Assembly (NCBI GenBank): GCA_964016885.1
Contig: OZ024742.1
Coordinates: forward strand, 327,856,001 to 327,920,000
Direction of reading: 5' to 3'
Source: Eledone cirrhosa
Taxonomy: Eukaryota
DNA length: 64,000 bases
The notes beneath the pieces are model-generated. The model did no database searches. It saw nothing but the letters and a program-made list of their open reading frames with translations, and was not told the origin of the DNA. Shown one piece after another: positions 30,801 to 48,800 of the stretch. The position numbers and the translations under genes are program-made. Position 1 is the stretch's first letter. Each line of letters starts with the position of its first letter.

Positions 30801-33800
30801 CAAAATCACAACCACCACAAATACCATCACCTTCAACACCACCAACAACACCAACAGCACCACCATCACAACCACCACAAATACCATCACCTTCAACACC
30901 ACCAACAACACCAACAGCACCAAAATCACAACCACCACAAATACCATCACCTTCAACACCACCAACAACACCAACAACACCAAAATCACATCCACCACAA
31001 ATACCATCACCTTCAACACCACCAACAAAACCAACAACACCAAAATCACAACCACCACAAATACCATCACCTTCAACACCACCAACAACACCAACAGCAC
31101 CACCATCACAACCACCACAAATACCATCACCTTCAACACCACCAACAACACCAACAACACCACCATCACAACCACCACAAATACCATCACCTTCAACAGC
31201 ACCAACACCACCAACAACACCACCATCACAACCACCACAAATACCATCACCTTCAACACCACCAACAACACCAACAACACCACCATCACAACCACCACAA
31301 ATACCATCACCTTCAACACCACCAACAACACCAACAACACCACCATCACAACCACCACAAATACCATCACCTTCAACACCACCAACAACAGCAACAACAC
31401 CACCATCACAACCACCACAAATACCATCACCTTCATCACCACCAACAACACCAACAACACCACCATCACAACCACCACAAATACCATCACCTTCAATAGC
31501 ACCAACACCACCAACAACACCACCATCACAACCACCACAAATACCATCACCTTCAACAGCACCAACACCACCAACAACACCACCATCACAACCACCACAA
31601 ATACCATCACCTTCAACACCACCAACAACACCAACAGCACCAAAATCACAACCACCACAAATACCATCACCTTCAACACCACCAACAACACCAACAACAC
31701 CACCATCACAACCACCACAAATACCATCACCTTCAACACCATCAACAACACCAGCAACACCACCATCACAACCACCACAAATACTATCACCACCAACACC
31801 ACCAACAACACCAACATCACCACCATCACAACCACCACAAATACCATCACCTTCAACACCACCAACAACACCAACAGCACCAAAATCACAACCACCACAA
31901 ATACCATCACCTTCATCACCACCAACAACACCAACATCACCACCATCACAACCACCACAAATACTATCACCTTCAACACCACCAACAACACCAACATCAC
32001 CACCATCACAACCACCACAAATACCATCACCTTCATCACCACCAACAACACCAGCAACACCACCATCACAACCACCACAAATACCATCACCTTCAACACC
32101 ACCAGCAACACCACCATCACAACCACCACAAATACCATCACCTTCAACACCACCAACAAAACCAACAACACCACCATCACAACCACCACAAATACCATCA
32201 CCTTCATCACAAACAACAACACCAACATCACCACCATCACAACCACCACAAATACCATCGCCTTCAACACCACCAACAACACCAACAACACCACCATCAC
32301 AACCACCACAAATACCATCACCTTCATCACAAACAACAACACCAACAACACCACCATCACAACCACCACAAATACCGTCACCTTCAACACCACCACCAAC
32401 AACACCAACAACACCACCATCACAACCACCACAAATACCATCACCTTCAACACCACCAACAACACCAACAGCACAACCATCACAACTACCACAAATACCA
32501 TCACCTTCAACACAACCAACAACACCACCATCACAACCACCACAAATACGATCACCTTCATCACCACCAACAACACCAACAACACCACCATCACAACCAC
32601 CACAAATACCATCACCTTCATCACCACCAACAACACCGCCATCACAACCACCACAAATACCATCACCTTCAACACCACCAACAACACCGCCATCACAACC
32701 ACCACAAATACCATCACCTTCAACACCACCAACAACACCACCTTCACAACCACCACAAATACCATCACCTTCAACACCACCAACAACACCACCTTCACAA
32801 CCACCACAAATACCATCACCTTCAACACCACCAGCAACACCAACAACACCACCATCACAACCACCACAAATACCATCACCTTCAACACCACCAACAACAC
32901 CAGCAACACCACCATCACAACCACCACAAATACCATCACATTCAACACCACCAACAACATCAACAACACCACCATCACAACAACCACAAATACCATCACC
33001 TTCAACACCACCAACAACAACACCACCATCACATCCACCACAAATACCATCAACATCATCACCACCAACAACACCAATAACACCACCATCACAACAACCA
33101 CAAATAACATCAACATCATCACCACCAGCAACACCAGCAACGCCACCATCACAACCACCACAAATACCATCACCTTCATCACCGCCAACAACACCAACAA
33201 CACCACCATCACAACCACCACAAATACCATCACCTTCATCACCACCAACAACACCAACAACACCACCATCACAACCACCACAAATACCATCCCCTTCATC
33301 ACCACCAACACCAACAACACCACCATCACAACCACCACAAATACCATCACCTTCATCACAACCAACATCACCAGCAACACCACCATCACAACCACACCAC
33401 AAATACCATCACCTTCATCACCACCAACAACACCAACAACACCACCATCATAACCACCACAAATATCATCAACATCATCACCACCAACAACACCACCATC
33501 ACAACCCCCGCAAATACCATCACCTTCATCACCACCAACAACACCAACAACACCACCATCACAACCACCACAAATACCATCACCTTCATCACAACCAACA
33601 TCACCAGCAACACCACCATCACAACGACACCACAAATACCATCACCTTCATCACCACCAACAACACCAACAACACCACCATCACAACTACCACAAATACC
33701 ATCACCTTCATCACCACCACCAACAACACCAACAACACCACCATCACAACCACCACAAATACCATCACCTTCATCACCACCGCCAACAACACCAACAACA

Positions 33801-36800
33801 CCACCATCAAAACCACCACAAATACCATCACCTTCAACACAACCAACATCACCAGCAACACCACCATCACAACCACACCACAAATACCATCACCTTCATC
33901 ACAACCAACAACACCGACAACACCACCGTCACAACCACACCACAAATACCATCACCTTCATCACCACCAACAACACCAACAACACCACCATCACAACCAC
34001 CACAAATACCATCACCTTCATCACAACCAACAACACCGACAACACCACCATCACAACCACCACAAATACCATCACCTTCATCACAACCAACAACACCAAC
34101 AACACCACCATCACAACCATACCACAAATACCATCACCTTCAACACCACCAACAACACCAACAACACCACCATCACAACCATCACAAATACCATCACCTT
34201 CATCACAACCAACATCACCAGCAACACCACCATCACAACAACCACAAATACCATCACCTTCATCACAACCAACAACACCGACAACACCACCGTCACAACC
34301 ACACCACAAATACCATCACCTTCATCACAACCAACAACACCAACATCACCACCATCACAACCACACCACAAATACCATCACCTTCATCACCACCAACAAC
34401 ACCAACAACACCAGCATCACAACCACCACAAATACCATCACCTTCATCACCACCAACAACACCAACAACACCACCATCACAACCACCACAAATACCATCA
34501 CCTTCATCACCACCAACAACACCAACAACACCACCATCACATCCACCACAAATACCATCACCTTCATCACCACCAACAACACCAACAACACCACCATCAC
34601 AACCACCACATATACCATCACCTTCATCACAACCAACATCACCAGCAACACCACCATCACAACCACACCACAAATACCATCACCTTCATCACCACCAACA
34701 ACACCAACAACACCACCATCATAACCACCACAAATATCATCAACATCATCACCACCAACAACACCACCATCACAACCCCCGCAAATACCATCACCTTCAT
34801 CACCACCAACAACACCAACAACACCACCATCACAACCACCACAAATACCATCACCTTCATCACAACCAACATCACCAGCAACACCACCATCACAACGACA
34901 CCACAAATACCATCACCTTCATCACCACCAACAACACCAACAACACCACCATCACAACTACCACAAATACCATCACCTTCATCACCACCACCAACAACAC
35001 CAACAACACCACCATCACAACCACCACAGATACCATCACCTTCATCACCACCGCCAACAACACAAACAACACCACCATCAAAACCACCACAAATACCATC
35101 ACCTTCATCACAACCAACAACACCGACAACACCACCGTCACAACCACACCACAAATACCATCACCTTCATCACCACCAACAACACCAACAACACCACCAT
35201 CACAACCACCACAAATACCATCACCTTCATCACCACCACCAACAACACCAACAACACCACCATCACAACCACCACAAATACCATCACCTTCATCACAACC
35301 AACAACACCGACAACACCACAATCACAACCACCACAAATACCATCACCTTCATCACCACCATCACAACCACCACAAATACCATCAACATCACCACCACCA
35401 ACAACACCACCATCACCACCACCACAAATACCATCACCTTCATCACCACCAACAACACCACCATCACAACCACCACAAATACCATCACCTTCATCCCCAC
35501 CAACAGCACCACCATCACAACCACCACAAATACCATCACCTTCAACACCACCAACAAAACCAACAACACCACCATCACAACCACCACAAATACCATCACC
35601 TTCATCACCACCAACAACACCAACAACACCACCATCACAACCACCACAAATACCATCACCTTCATCACCACCAACAATACCAACAGCACCACCATCACAT
35701 CCACCACAAATACCATCACCTTCAACACCACCAACAACACCAGCAACACCATCACAACAACCACAAATACCATCACCTTCATCACCATCACCACCAACAA
35801 CAACACCACCATCACAACCATCACAAATAACATCAACATCATCACCACCAGCAACACCAACAACACCACCATCACAACCACCACAAATACCATCACCTTC
35901 ATTACCACCAACAACACCAGCAACACCACCATCAAAACAACCACAAATAACATCAACATCATCACCATCAACAATACCAATAACACCACCATCACAACAA
36001 CCACAAATAACATCAACATCATCACCACCAACAACACCAGCAACACCACCATCACATCCACCACAAATACCATCACCTTCATTACCACCAACAACACCAG
36101 CAACACCACCATCACAACAACCACAAATAACATCAACATCATCACCATCAACAATACCAATAACACCACCATCACAACAACCACAAATAACATCAACATC
36201 ATCACCACCAACAACACCAACAACACCACCATCACAACCACCACAAATACCATCACCTTCATCACCACCAACAACACCAACAACACCACCATCACAACCA
36301 CCACAAATACCATCACCTTCATCACCACCAACAACACCAACAGCACCACCATCAAAACCACCACAAATACCATCACCTTCATCACCACCAACAACACCAA
36401 CAACACCACCATCACAACCACCACAAATACCATCACCTTCATCACCACCAACAACACCAACAACACCACCATCACATCCACCACAAATACCATCATCTTT
36501 ATCACCACCAACAATACCAACAGCACCACCATCACAACCACCACAAATACCATCATCTTCATCACCACCAACAACACCAACAACACCACCATCACAACCA
36601 CCACAAATACCATCACCTTCAACACCACCAACAACAGCACCACCATCACAACCACCACAAATACCATCACCTTCAACACCACCAACAACAACACCACCAT
36701 CACAACCACCACAAATACCATCACCTTCAACACCACCAACAACACCAACAACACCACCATCACATCCACCACAAATACCATCACCTTCATCACCACCAAC

Positions 36801-39800
36801 AACACCAACAACACCACCATCACAACCACCACAAATACCATCATCTTCATCACCACCAACAACAACACCGCCATCACAACCACCACAAATACCATCACCT
36901 TCAACACCACCAACAACAACATCACCATCAAAACCACCACAAATACCATCACCTTCATCACCATCAACAACACCAACAACACCGCCATCACAACCACCAC
37001 AAATACCATCACCTTCATCACCACCAACAACAACACCGCCATCACAACCACCACAAATACCATCACCTTTATCACCACCAACAACACCAACAACATCACC
37101 ATCACAACCACCACAAATACCATCACCTTCATCACCATCAACAACACCAACAACATCACCATCACAACCACCACAAATACCATCACCTTCATCACCATCA
37201 ACAACACCAACAACACCGCCATCACAACCACCACAAATACCATCACCTTCAACACCACCAACAACACCAACAACACCACCATCACAACCACCACAAATAC
37301 CATCACCTTCATCACCACCATCACAACCACCACAAATACCATCACCTTCATCACCATCAACAACACCAACAACATCACCATCACAACCACCACAAATACC
37401 ATCACCTTCAACACCACCAACAACACCAGCAACACCACCATCACAACCACCACAAATACCATCACCTTCAACACCACCAACAACACCAACAACACCACCA
37501 TCACAACCACCACAAATACCATCACCTTCATCACCACCATCACAACCACCACAAATACCATCACCTTCATCACCACCAACAACAACACCACCATCACAAC
37601 CACCACAAATACCATCACCTTCAACACCACCAACAACACCAGCAACACCACCATCACAACCACCACAAATACCATCACCTTCAACACCACCAACAACACC
37701 ATCACCATCACAACCACCACAAATACCATCACCTTCATCACCATCAACAACACCAGCAACACCACCATCACAACCACCACAAATACCATCACCTTCATCA
37801 CCACCACCAACAACACCACCATCACAACCACCACAAATACCATCACCTTCATCACCACCAACAACAACACCACCATCACAACCACCACAAATACCATCAC
37901 CTTCAACACCATCAACAACACCAACAACACCACCATCACAACCACCACAAATACCATCACCTTCAACACCACCAACACCACCAACAACAACACCGCCATC
38001 ACAACCACCACAAATACCATCACCTTCAACACCACCAACAACAACACCACCATCACAACCACCACAAATGCCATCACCTTCAACACCAGCAACAACACCA
38101 ACAACACCACCATCACAACCACCACAAATACCATCACCTTCATCACCACCAACAACAACACCGCCATCACAACCACCACAAATACCATCACCTTCAACAC
38201 CACCAACAACAACACCACCATCACAACCACCACAAATACCACCACATTCAACACCAGCAACAACACCAACAACACCACCATCACATCCACCACAAATACC
38301 ATCACCTTCATCACCATCAACAACACCAACAACACCACCATCACAACCACCACAAATACCATCACCTTCAACACCACCAACAACACAAACAACACCACCA
38401 TCACAACCACCACAAATACCATCACCTTCATCACCACCAACAACAACACCGCCATCACAACCACCACAAATACCATCACCTTCAACACCACCACCAACAA
38501 CAACAACACCGCCATCACAACCACCACAAATACCATCACCTTCAACACCACCAACAACACAAACAACACCACCATCACAACCACCACAAATACCATCACC
38601 TTCAACACCACCAACAACAACAACAACACCACCATCACAACAACCACAAATACCATCACCTTCAACACCACCAACAACACAAACAACACCACCATCACAA
38701 CCACCACAAATACCATCACCTTCATCACCACCAACAACAACACCGCCATCACAACCACCACAAATACCATCACCTTCAACACCACCAACAACAACAACAA
38801 CACCGCCATCACAACCACCACAAATACCATCACCTTCAACACCATCAACAACACCACCATCACAACCACCACAAATACCATCACCTTCAACACCAGCAAC
38901 AACACCAACAACACCACCATCACAACCACCACAAATACCATCACCTTCAACACCACCAACAACATCACCATCACACCAACACAAATACCATCACCTTCAT
39001 CACCACCAACAACACCAACAACACCACCATCACATCCACCACAAATACCATCACCTTCAACACCACCAACAACACCACCATCACATCCACCACAAATACC
39101 ATCACCTTCAACACCACCAACAACACCAACAACACCACCATCACAACCACCACAGATACCATCACCTTCATCACCACCAACAACAACACCGCCATCACAA
39201 CCACCACAAATACCATCACCTTCAACACCACCAACAACACCAACAACTCCACCATCACAACCACCACAAATACCATTACCTTCATCACCACCAACAACAA
39301 CACCACCATCACAACCACCACAAATACCATCACCTTCAACACCACCAACAACAACAACAACACAACCATCACAACAACCACAAATACCATCACCTTCAAC
39401 ACCACCAACAACACCAACAACACCGCCATGACAACCACCACAAATACCATCACCTTCAACACCACCAACAACAACAACAACACCACCATCACAACCACCA
39501 CAAATACCATCACCTTCAACACCAGCAACAACACCAACAACACCACCATCACAACCACCACAAATACCATCACCTTCAACACCACCAACAACATCACCAT
39601 CACACCAACACAAATACCATCACCTTCATCACCACCAACAACACCAGCAACACCACCATCACAACCACCACAAATACCATCACCTTCAACACCACCAACA
39701 CCACCAACAACACCACCATCACAACCACCACAAATACCATCACCTTCAACACCATCAACAACACCAGCAACACCACCATCACAACCACCACAAATACCAT

Positions 39801-42800
39801 CACTTTCAACACCACCAACAACACCAACATCACCACCATCACAACCACCACCTTCATCACCACCAACAACACCAACATCACCACCATCACAACCACCACA
39901 AATACCATCACCTTCATCACCACCAACAACACCAACATCACCACCATCACAACCACCACCTTCATCACCACCAACAACACCAACATCACCACCATCACAA
40001 CCACCACAAATACCATCACCTTCAACACCACTAACAACACCAACATCACCACCATCACAACCACCACCTTCATCACCACCAACAACACCAACATCACCAC
40101 CATCACAACCACCACAAATACCATCACCTTCATCACCACCAACAACACCAACATCACCACCATCACAACCACCACCTTCATCACCACCAACAACACCAAC
40201 AACACCACCATCACAACCACCACAGATACCATCACCTTCATCACCACCAACAACAACACCACCATCACATCCACCACAAATACCATCACCTTCAACACCA
40301 CCAACAACACCAAGAACACCACCATCACAACCACCACAAATACCATCACCTTCATCACCACCAACAACACCAACATCACCACTATCACAACCACCACAAA
40401 TACCATCACCTTCAACACCACCAACAACACCAACAACACCACCATCACAACCACCACAAATAGCATCACCTTCATCACCACCAACAACACCAACAACACC
40501 ACCATCACAACCACCACAAATAGCATCACCTTCATCACCACCAACAACACCAGCAACACCACCATCACAACCACCACAAATACCATCACCTTCAACACCA
40601 CCAACAACACCAACAGCACCAAAATCACAACCACCACAAATACCATCACCTTCAACACCACCAACAACACCAACAGCACCACCATCACAACCACCACAAA
40701 TACCATCACCTTCAACACCAGCAACAACACCAACAGCACCACCATCACAACCACCACAAATACCATCACCTTCAACACCACCAACAACACCAACAGCACC
40801 ACCATCACAACCACCACAAATACCATCACCTTCAACACCACCAACAACACCAACAGCACCACCATCACAACCACCACAAATACCATCACCTTCAACACCA
40901 CCAACAACACCAACAGCACCACCATCACAACCACCACAAATACCATCACCTTCAACACCACCAACAACACCAACAGCACCACCATCACAACCACCACAAA
41001 TACCATCACCTTCAACACCACCAACAACACCAACAGCACCACCATCACAACCACCACAAATACCATCACCTTCAACACCACCAACAACACCAACAGCACC
41101 ACCATCACAACCACCACAAATACCATCACCTTCATCACCACCAACAGCACCACCATCACAACCACCACAAATACCATCACCTTCAACACCACCAACAACA
41201 CCAACAGCACCAAAATCACAACCACCACAAATACCATCACCTTCAACACCACCAACAACACCAACAGCACCACCATCACAACCACCACAAATACCATCAC
41301 CTTCAACACCACCAACAACACCAACAGCACCAAAATCACAACCACCACAAATACCATCACCTTCAACACCACCAACAACAACACCACCATCACAACCACC
41401 ACAAATACCATCACCTTCAACACCACCAACAACACCAACAACACCACCATCACAACCACCACAAATACCATCACCTTCAACACCACCAACAACACCAACA
41501 GCACCACCATCACAACCACCACAAATACCATCACCTTCAACACCAGCAACAACACCAACAGCACCACCATCACAACCACCACAAATACCATCACCTTCAA
41601 CACCACCAACAACACCAACAGCACCAAAATCACAACCACCACAAATACCATCACCTTCAACACCACCAACAACACCAGCAACACCACCATCACAACCACC
41701 ACAAATACCATCACCTTCAACACCAGCAACAACACCAACAGCACCACCATCACAACCACCACAAATACCATCACCTTCAACACCACCAACAACACCAACA
41801 GCACCAAAATCACAACCACCACAAATACCATCACCTTCAACACCACCAACAACACCAACAGCACCACCATCACAACCACCACAAATACCATCACCTTCAT
41901 CACCATCAACAACAACAACAACACAACCATCACATCCACCACAAATACCATCACCATCAACACCAACAACACCACCATCACAAATAACATAACCTTCATC
42001 ACAACCAACAACACCAGCAACACCACCATCACAACCACCACAAATACCATCACCTTCAACACCACCAACAACACCAACAACACCAAAATCACAACCACCA
42101 CAAATACCATCACCTTCAACACCACCAACAACACCAACAACACCAAAATCACAACCACCACAAATACCATCACCTTCAACACCACCAACAACACCAACAG
42201 CACCACCATCACAACCACCACAAATACCATCACCTTCATCACCATCAACAACAACAACAACACAACCATCACAACCACCACAAATACCATCACCTTCAAC
42301 ACCACCAACAACACCAACAACACCACCATCACAACCACCACAAATACCATCACCTTCAACACCACCAACAACACCAACAACACCAAAATCACAACCACCA
42401 CAAATACCATCACCTTCAACACCACCAACAACACCAACAGCACCACCATCACAACCACCACAAATACCATCACCTTCAACACCACCAACAACATCAACAA
42501 CACCACCATCTCAACCACCACAAATACCATCACCTTCAACACAACCAACAACACCAACAACACCACCATCACAACCACCACAAATACCATCACCTTCAAC
42601 ACCACCAACAACACCAACAGCACCACCATCACAACCACCACAAATACCATCACCTTCAACACCACCAACAACACCAACAACACCAAAATCACATCCACCA
42701 CAAATACCATCACCATCAACACCAACAACACCACCATCACAAATAACATAACCTTCATCACAACCAACAACACCAGCAACACCACCATCACAACCACCAC

Positions 42801-45800
42801 AAATACCATCACCTTCAACACCACCAACAACACCAACAGCACCACCATCACAACCACCACAAATACCATCACCTTCAACACCACCAACAACACCAACAGC
42901 ACCACCATCACAACCACCACAAATACCATCACCTTCAACACCAGCAACAACACCAACAACACCAACATCACAACCACCACAAATACCATCACCTTCAACA
43001 CCACCAACAACACCAACAGCACCAAAATCACAACCACCACAAATACCATCACCTTCAACACCACCAACAACACCAACAACACCACCATCACAACCACCAC
43101 AAATACCATCACCTTCAACACCACCAACAACACCAACAGCACCACCATCACAACCACCACAAATACCATCACCTTCAACACCAGCAACAACACCAACAAC
43201 ACCAACATCACAACCACCACAAATACCATCACCTTCAACACCACCAACAACACCAACAGCACCACCATCACAACCACCACAAATACCATCACCTTCAACA
43301 CCATCAACAACACCAGCAACACCACCATCACAACCACCACAAATACCATCACCTTCAACACCATCAACAACACCAGCAACACCACCATCACAACCACCAC
43401 AAATACTATCACCACCAACACCACCAACAACACCAACATCACCACCATCACAACCACCACAAATACCATCACCTTCATCACCACCAACAACATCAACAAC
43501 ACCACCATCACAACCACCACAAATACCATCACCTTCAACACCACCAACAACACCAACAGCACCAAAATCACAACCACCACAAATACCATCACCTTCAACA
43601 CCACCAACAACACCAACAGCACCAAAATCACAACCACCACAAATACCATCACCTTCATCACCACCAACAATACCAACAGCACCACCATCACAACCACCAC
43701 AAATACCATCACCTTCAACACCACCAACAACACCAACAACACCACCATCACAACCACCACAGATACCATCACCTTCATCACCACCAACAACACCAACAGC
43801 ACCACCATCACAACCACCACAAATACCATCACCTTCATCACAAACAACAACACCAACATCACCACCATCACAACCACCACAAATACCATCACCTTCAACA
43901 CCATCAACAACACCAGCAACACCACCATCACAACCACCACAAATACTATCACCACCAACACCACCAACAACACCAACATCACCACCATCACAACCACCAC
44001 AAATACTATCACCTTCAACACCACCAACAACACCAACATCACCACCATCACAACCACCACAAATACCATCACCTTCATCACCACCAACAACACCAGCAAC
44101 ACCACCATCACAACCACCACAAATACCATCACCTTCAACACCACCAGCAACACCACCATCACAACCACCACAAATACCATCACCTTCAACACCACCAACA
44201 AAACCAACAACACCACCATCACAACCATCACAAATGCCACCACCTTCATCACAAACAACAACACCAACATCACCACCATCACAACCACCACAAATACCAT
44301 CACCTTCAACACCACCAACAAAACCAACAACACCAAAATCACAACCACCACAAATACCATCACCTTCAACACCACCAACAACACCAACAGCACCACCATC
44401 ACAACCACCACAAATACCATCACCTTCAACACCACCAACAACACCAACAGCACCACCATCACAACCACCACAAATACCATCACCTTCAACACCACCAGCA
44501 ACACCACCATCACAACCACCACAAATACCATCACCTTCAACACCACCAACAAAACCAACAACACCACCATCACAACCATCACAAATGCCACCACCTTCAT
44601 CACAAACAACAACACCAACATCACCACCATCACAACCACCACAAATACCATCACCTTCAACACCACCAACAACACCAACAGCACCAAAATCACAACCACC
44701 ACAAATACCATCACCTTCAACACCACCAACAACACCAACAGCACAACCATCACAACTACCACAAATACCATCACCTTCAACACAACCAACAACACCACCA
44801 TCACAACCACCACAAATACGATCACCATCTTCATCACCACCAACAACATCAACAACACCACCATCACAACCACCACAAATACGATCACCATCTTCATCAC
44901 CACCAACAACATCAACAACACCACCATCACAACCACCACAAATACTATCACCTTCAACACCACCAACAACACCAACAGCACCAAAATCACAACCACCACA
45001 AATACCATCACCTTCAACACCACCAACACCACCAACAACACCACCATCACAACAACCACAAATAACATCAACATCATCACCACCAACAACACCAACAACA
45101 CCACCATCACAACCACCACAAATACCATCACCTTCATCACCACCAACAACACCAACAACACCACCATCACAACCACCACAAATACTATCACCACCAACAC
45201 CACCAACAACACCAACAGCACCAAAATCACAACCACCACAAATACCATCACCTTCAACACCACCAACAACAGCACCACCATCACAACCACCACAAATACC
45301 ATCACCTTCAACACCACCAACAACACCAACAGCACCACCATCACAACCACCACAAATACCATCACCTTCAACACCATCAACAACACCAACAGCACCAAAA
45401 TCACAACCACCACAAATACTATCACCTTCAACACCACCAACAACACCAACAACACCACCATCACAACCACCACAAATACCATCACCTTCAACACCACCAA
45501 CAACACCAACAGCACCAAAATCACAACCACCACAAATACCATCACCTTCAACACCACCAACAACACCAACAGCACCAAAATCACAACCACCACAAATACC
45601 ATCACCTTCAACACCACCAACAACACCAGCAACACCACCATCACAACCACCACAAATACCATCACCTTCAACACCACCAACAACACCAACAACACCAAAA
45701 TCACAACCACCACAAATACCATCACCTTCAACACCACCAACAACACCAGCAACACCACCATCACAACCACCACAAATACCATCACCTTCAACACCACCAA

Positions 45801-48800
45801 CAACACCAACAGCACCAAAATCACAACCACCACAAATACCATCACCTTCAACACCACCAACAACACCAGCAACACCACCATCACAACCACCACAAATACC
45901 ATCACCTTCAACACCACCAACAACACCAACAACACCAAAATCACAACCACCACAAATACCATCACCTTCAACACCACCAACAAAACCAACAACACCAAAA
46001 TCACAACCACCACAAATACCATCACCTTCAACACCACCAACAACACCAACAGCACCACCATCACAACCACCACAAATACCATCACCTTCATCACCACCAA
46101 CAACACCAGCAACACCACCATCACAACCACCACAAATACCATCACCTTCAACACCACCAACAACACCAACAGCACCACCATCACAACCACCACAAATACC
46201 ATCACCTTCAACACCACCACCAACAACAACACCACCATCACAACCACCACAAATACCATCACCTTCAACACCACCAACAACACCAACAGCACCAAAATCA
46301 CAACCACCACAAATACCATCACCTTCAACACCACCACCAACAACAACACCACCATCACAACCACCACAAATACCATCACCTTCAACACCACCAACAACAC
46401 CAACAGCACCACCATCACAACCACCACAAATACCATCACCTTCAACACCACCACCAACAACAACACCACCATCACAACCACCACAAATACCATCACCTTC
46501 AACACCACCAACAACACCAACAACACCAAAATCACAACCACCACAAATACCATCACCTTCAACACCACCAACAACACCAACAACACCAAAATCACAACCA
46601 CCACAAATACCATCACCTTCAACACCACCAACAACACCAACAACACCACCATCACAACCACCACAAATACCATCACCTTCAACACCACCAACAACACCAA
46701 CAACACCACCATCACAACCACCACAAATACCATCACCTTCAACACCACCAACAACACCAACAGCACCAAAATCACAACCACCACAAATACCATCACCTTC
46801 AACACCACCAACAAAACCAACAACACCAAAATCACAACCACCACAAATACCATCACCTTCAACACCACCAACAACACCAACAACACCACCATCACATCCA
46901 CCACAAATACCATCACCTTCAACACCACCAACAACACCAACAACACCAAAATCACAACCACCACAAATACCATCACCTTCAACACCACCAACAAAACCAA
47001 CAACACCAAAATCACAACCACCACAAATACCATCACCTTCAACACCACCAACAACACCAACAACACCACCATCACATCCACCACAAATACCATCACCTTC
47101 AACACCACCAACAACACCAACAACACCAAAATCACAACCACCACAAATACCATCACCTTCAACACCACCAACAACACCAACAGCACCACCATCACAACCA
47201 CCACAAATACCATCACCTTCAACACCATCAACAACACCAACAGCACCAAAATCACAACCACCACAAATACTATCACCTTCAACACCACCAACAACACCAA
47301 CAACACCACCATCACAACCACCACAAATACCATCACCTTCAACACCACCAACAACACCAACAGCACCAAAATCACAACCACCACAAATACCATCACCTTC
47401 AACACCACCAACAACACCAACAGCACCAAAATCACAACCACCACAAATACCATCACCTTCAACACCACCAACAACACCAGCAACACCACCATCACAACCA
47501 CCACAAATACCATCACCTTCAACACCACCAACAACACCAACAACACCAAAATCACAACCACCACAAATACCATCACCTTCAACACCACCAACAACACCAG
47601 CAACACCACCATCACAACCACCACAAATACCATCACCTTCAACACCACCAACAACACCAACAGCACCAAAATCACAACCACCACAAATACCATCACCTTC
47701 AACACCACCAACAACACCAGCAACACCACCATCACAACCACCACAAATACCATCACCTTCAACACCACCAACAACACCAACAACACCAAAATCACAACCA
47801 CCACAAATACCATCACCTTCAACACCACCAACAAAACCAACAACACCAAAATCACAACCACCACAAATACCATCACCTTCAACACCACCAACAACACCAA
47901 CAGCACCACCATCACAACCACCACAAATACCATCACCTTCATCACCACCAACAACACCAGCAACACCACCATCACAACCACCACAAATACCATCACCTTC
48001 AACACCACCAACAACACCAACAGCACCACCATCACAACCACCACAAATACCATCACCTTCAACACCACCACCAACAACAACACCACCATCACAACCACCA
48101 CAAATACCATCACCTTCAACACCACCAACAACACCAACAGCACCAAAATCACAACCACCACAAATACCATCACCTTCAACACCTCCACCAACAACAACAC
48201 CACCATCACAACCACCACAAATACCATCACCTTCAACACCACCAACAACACCAACAGCACCACCATCACAACCACCACAAATACCATCACCTTCAACACC
48301 ACCACCAACAACAACACCACCATCACAACCACCACAAATACCATCACCTTCAACACCACCAACAACACCAACAACACCAAAATCACAACCACCACAAATA
48401 CCATCACCTTCAACACCACCAACAACACCAACAACACCAAAATCACAACCACCACAAATACCATCACCTTCAACACCACCAACAACACCAACAACACCAC
48501 CATCACAACCACCACAAATACCATCACCTTCAACACCACCAACAACACCAACAACACCACCATCACAACCACCACAAATACCATCACCTTCAACACCACC
48601 AACAACACCAACAGCACCAAAATCACAACCACCACAAATACCATCACCTTCAACACCACCAACAAAACCAACAACACCAAAATCACAACCACCACAAATA
48701 CCATCACCTTCAACACCACCAACAACACCAACAACACCACCATCACATCCACCACAAATACCATCACCTTCAACACCACCAACAACACCAACAACACCAA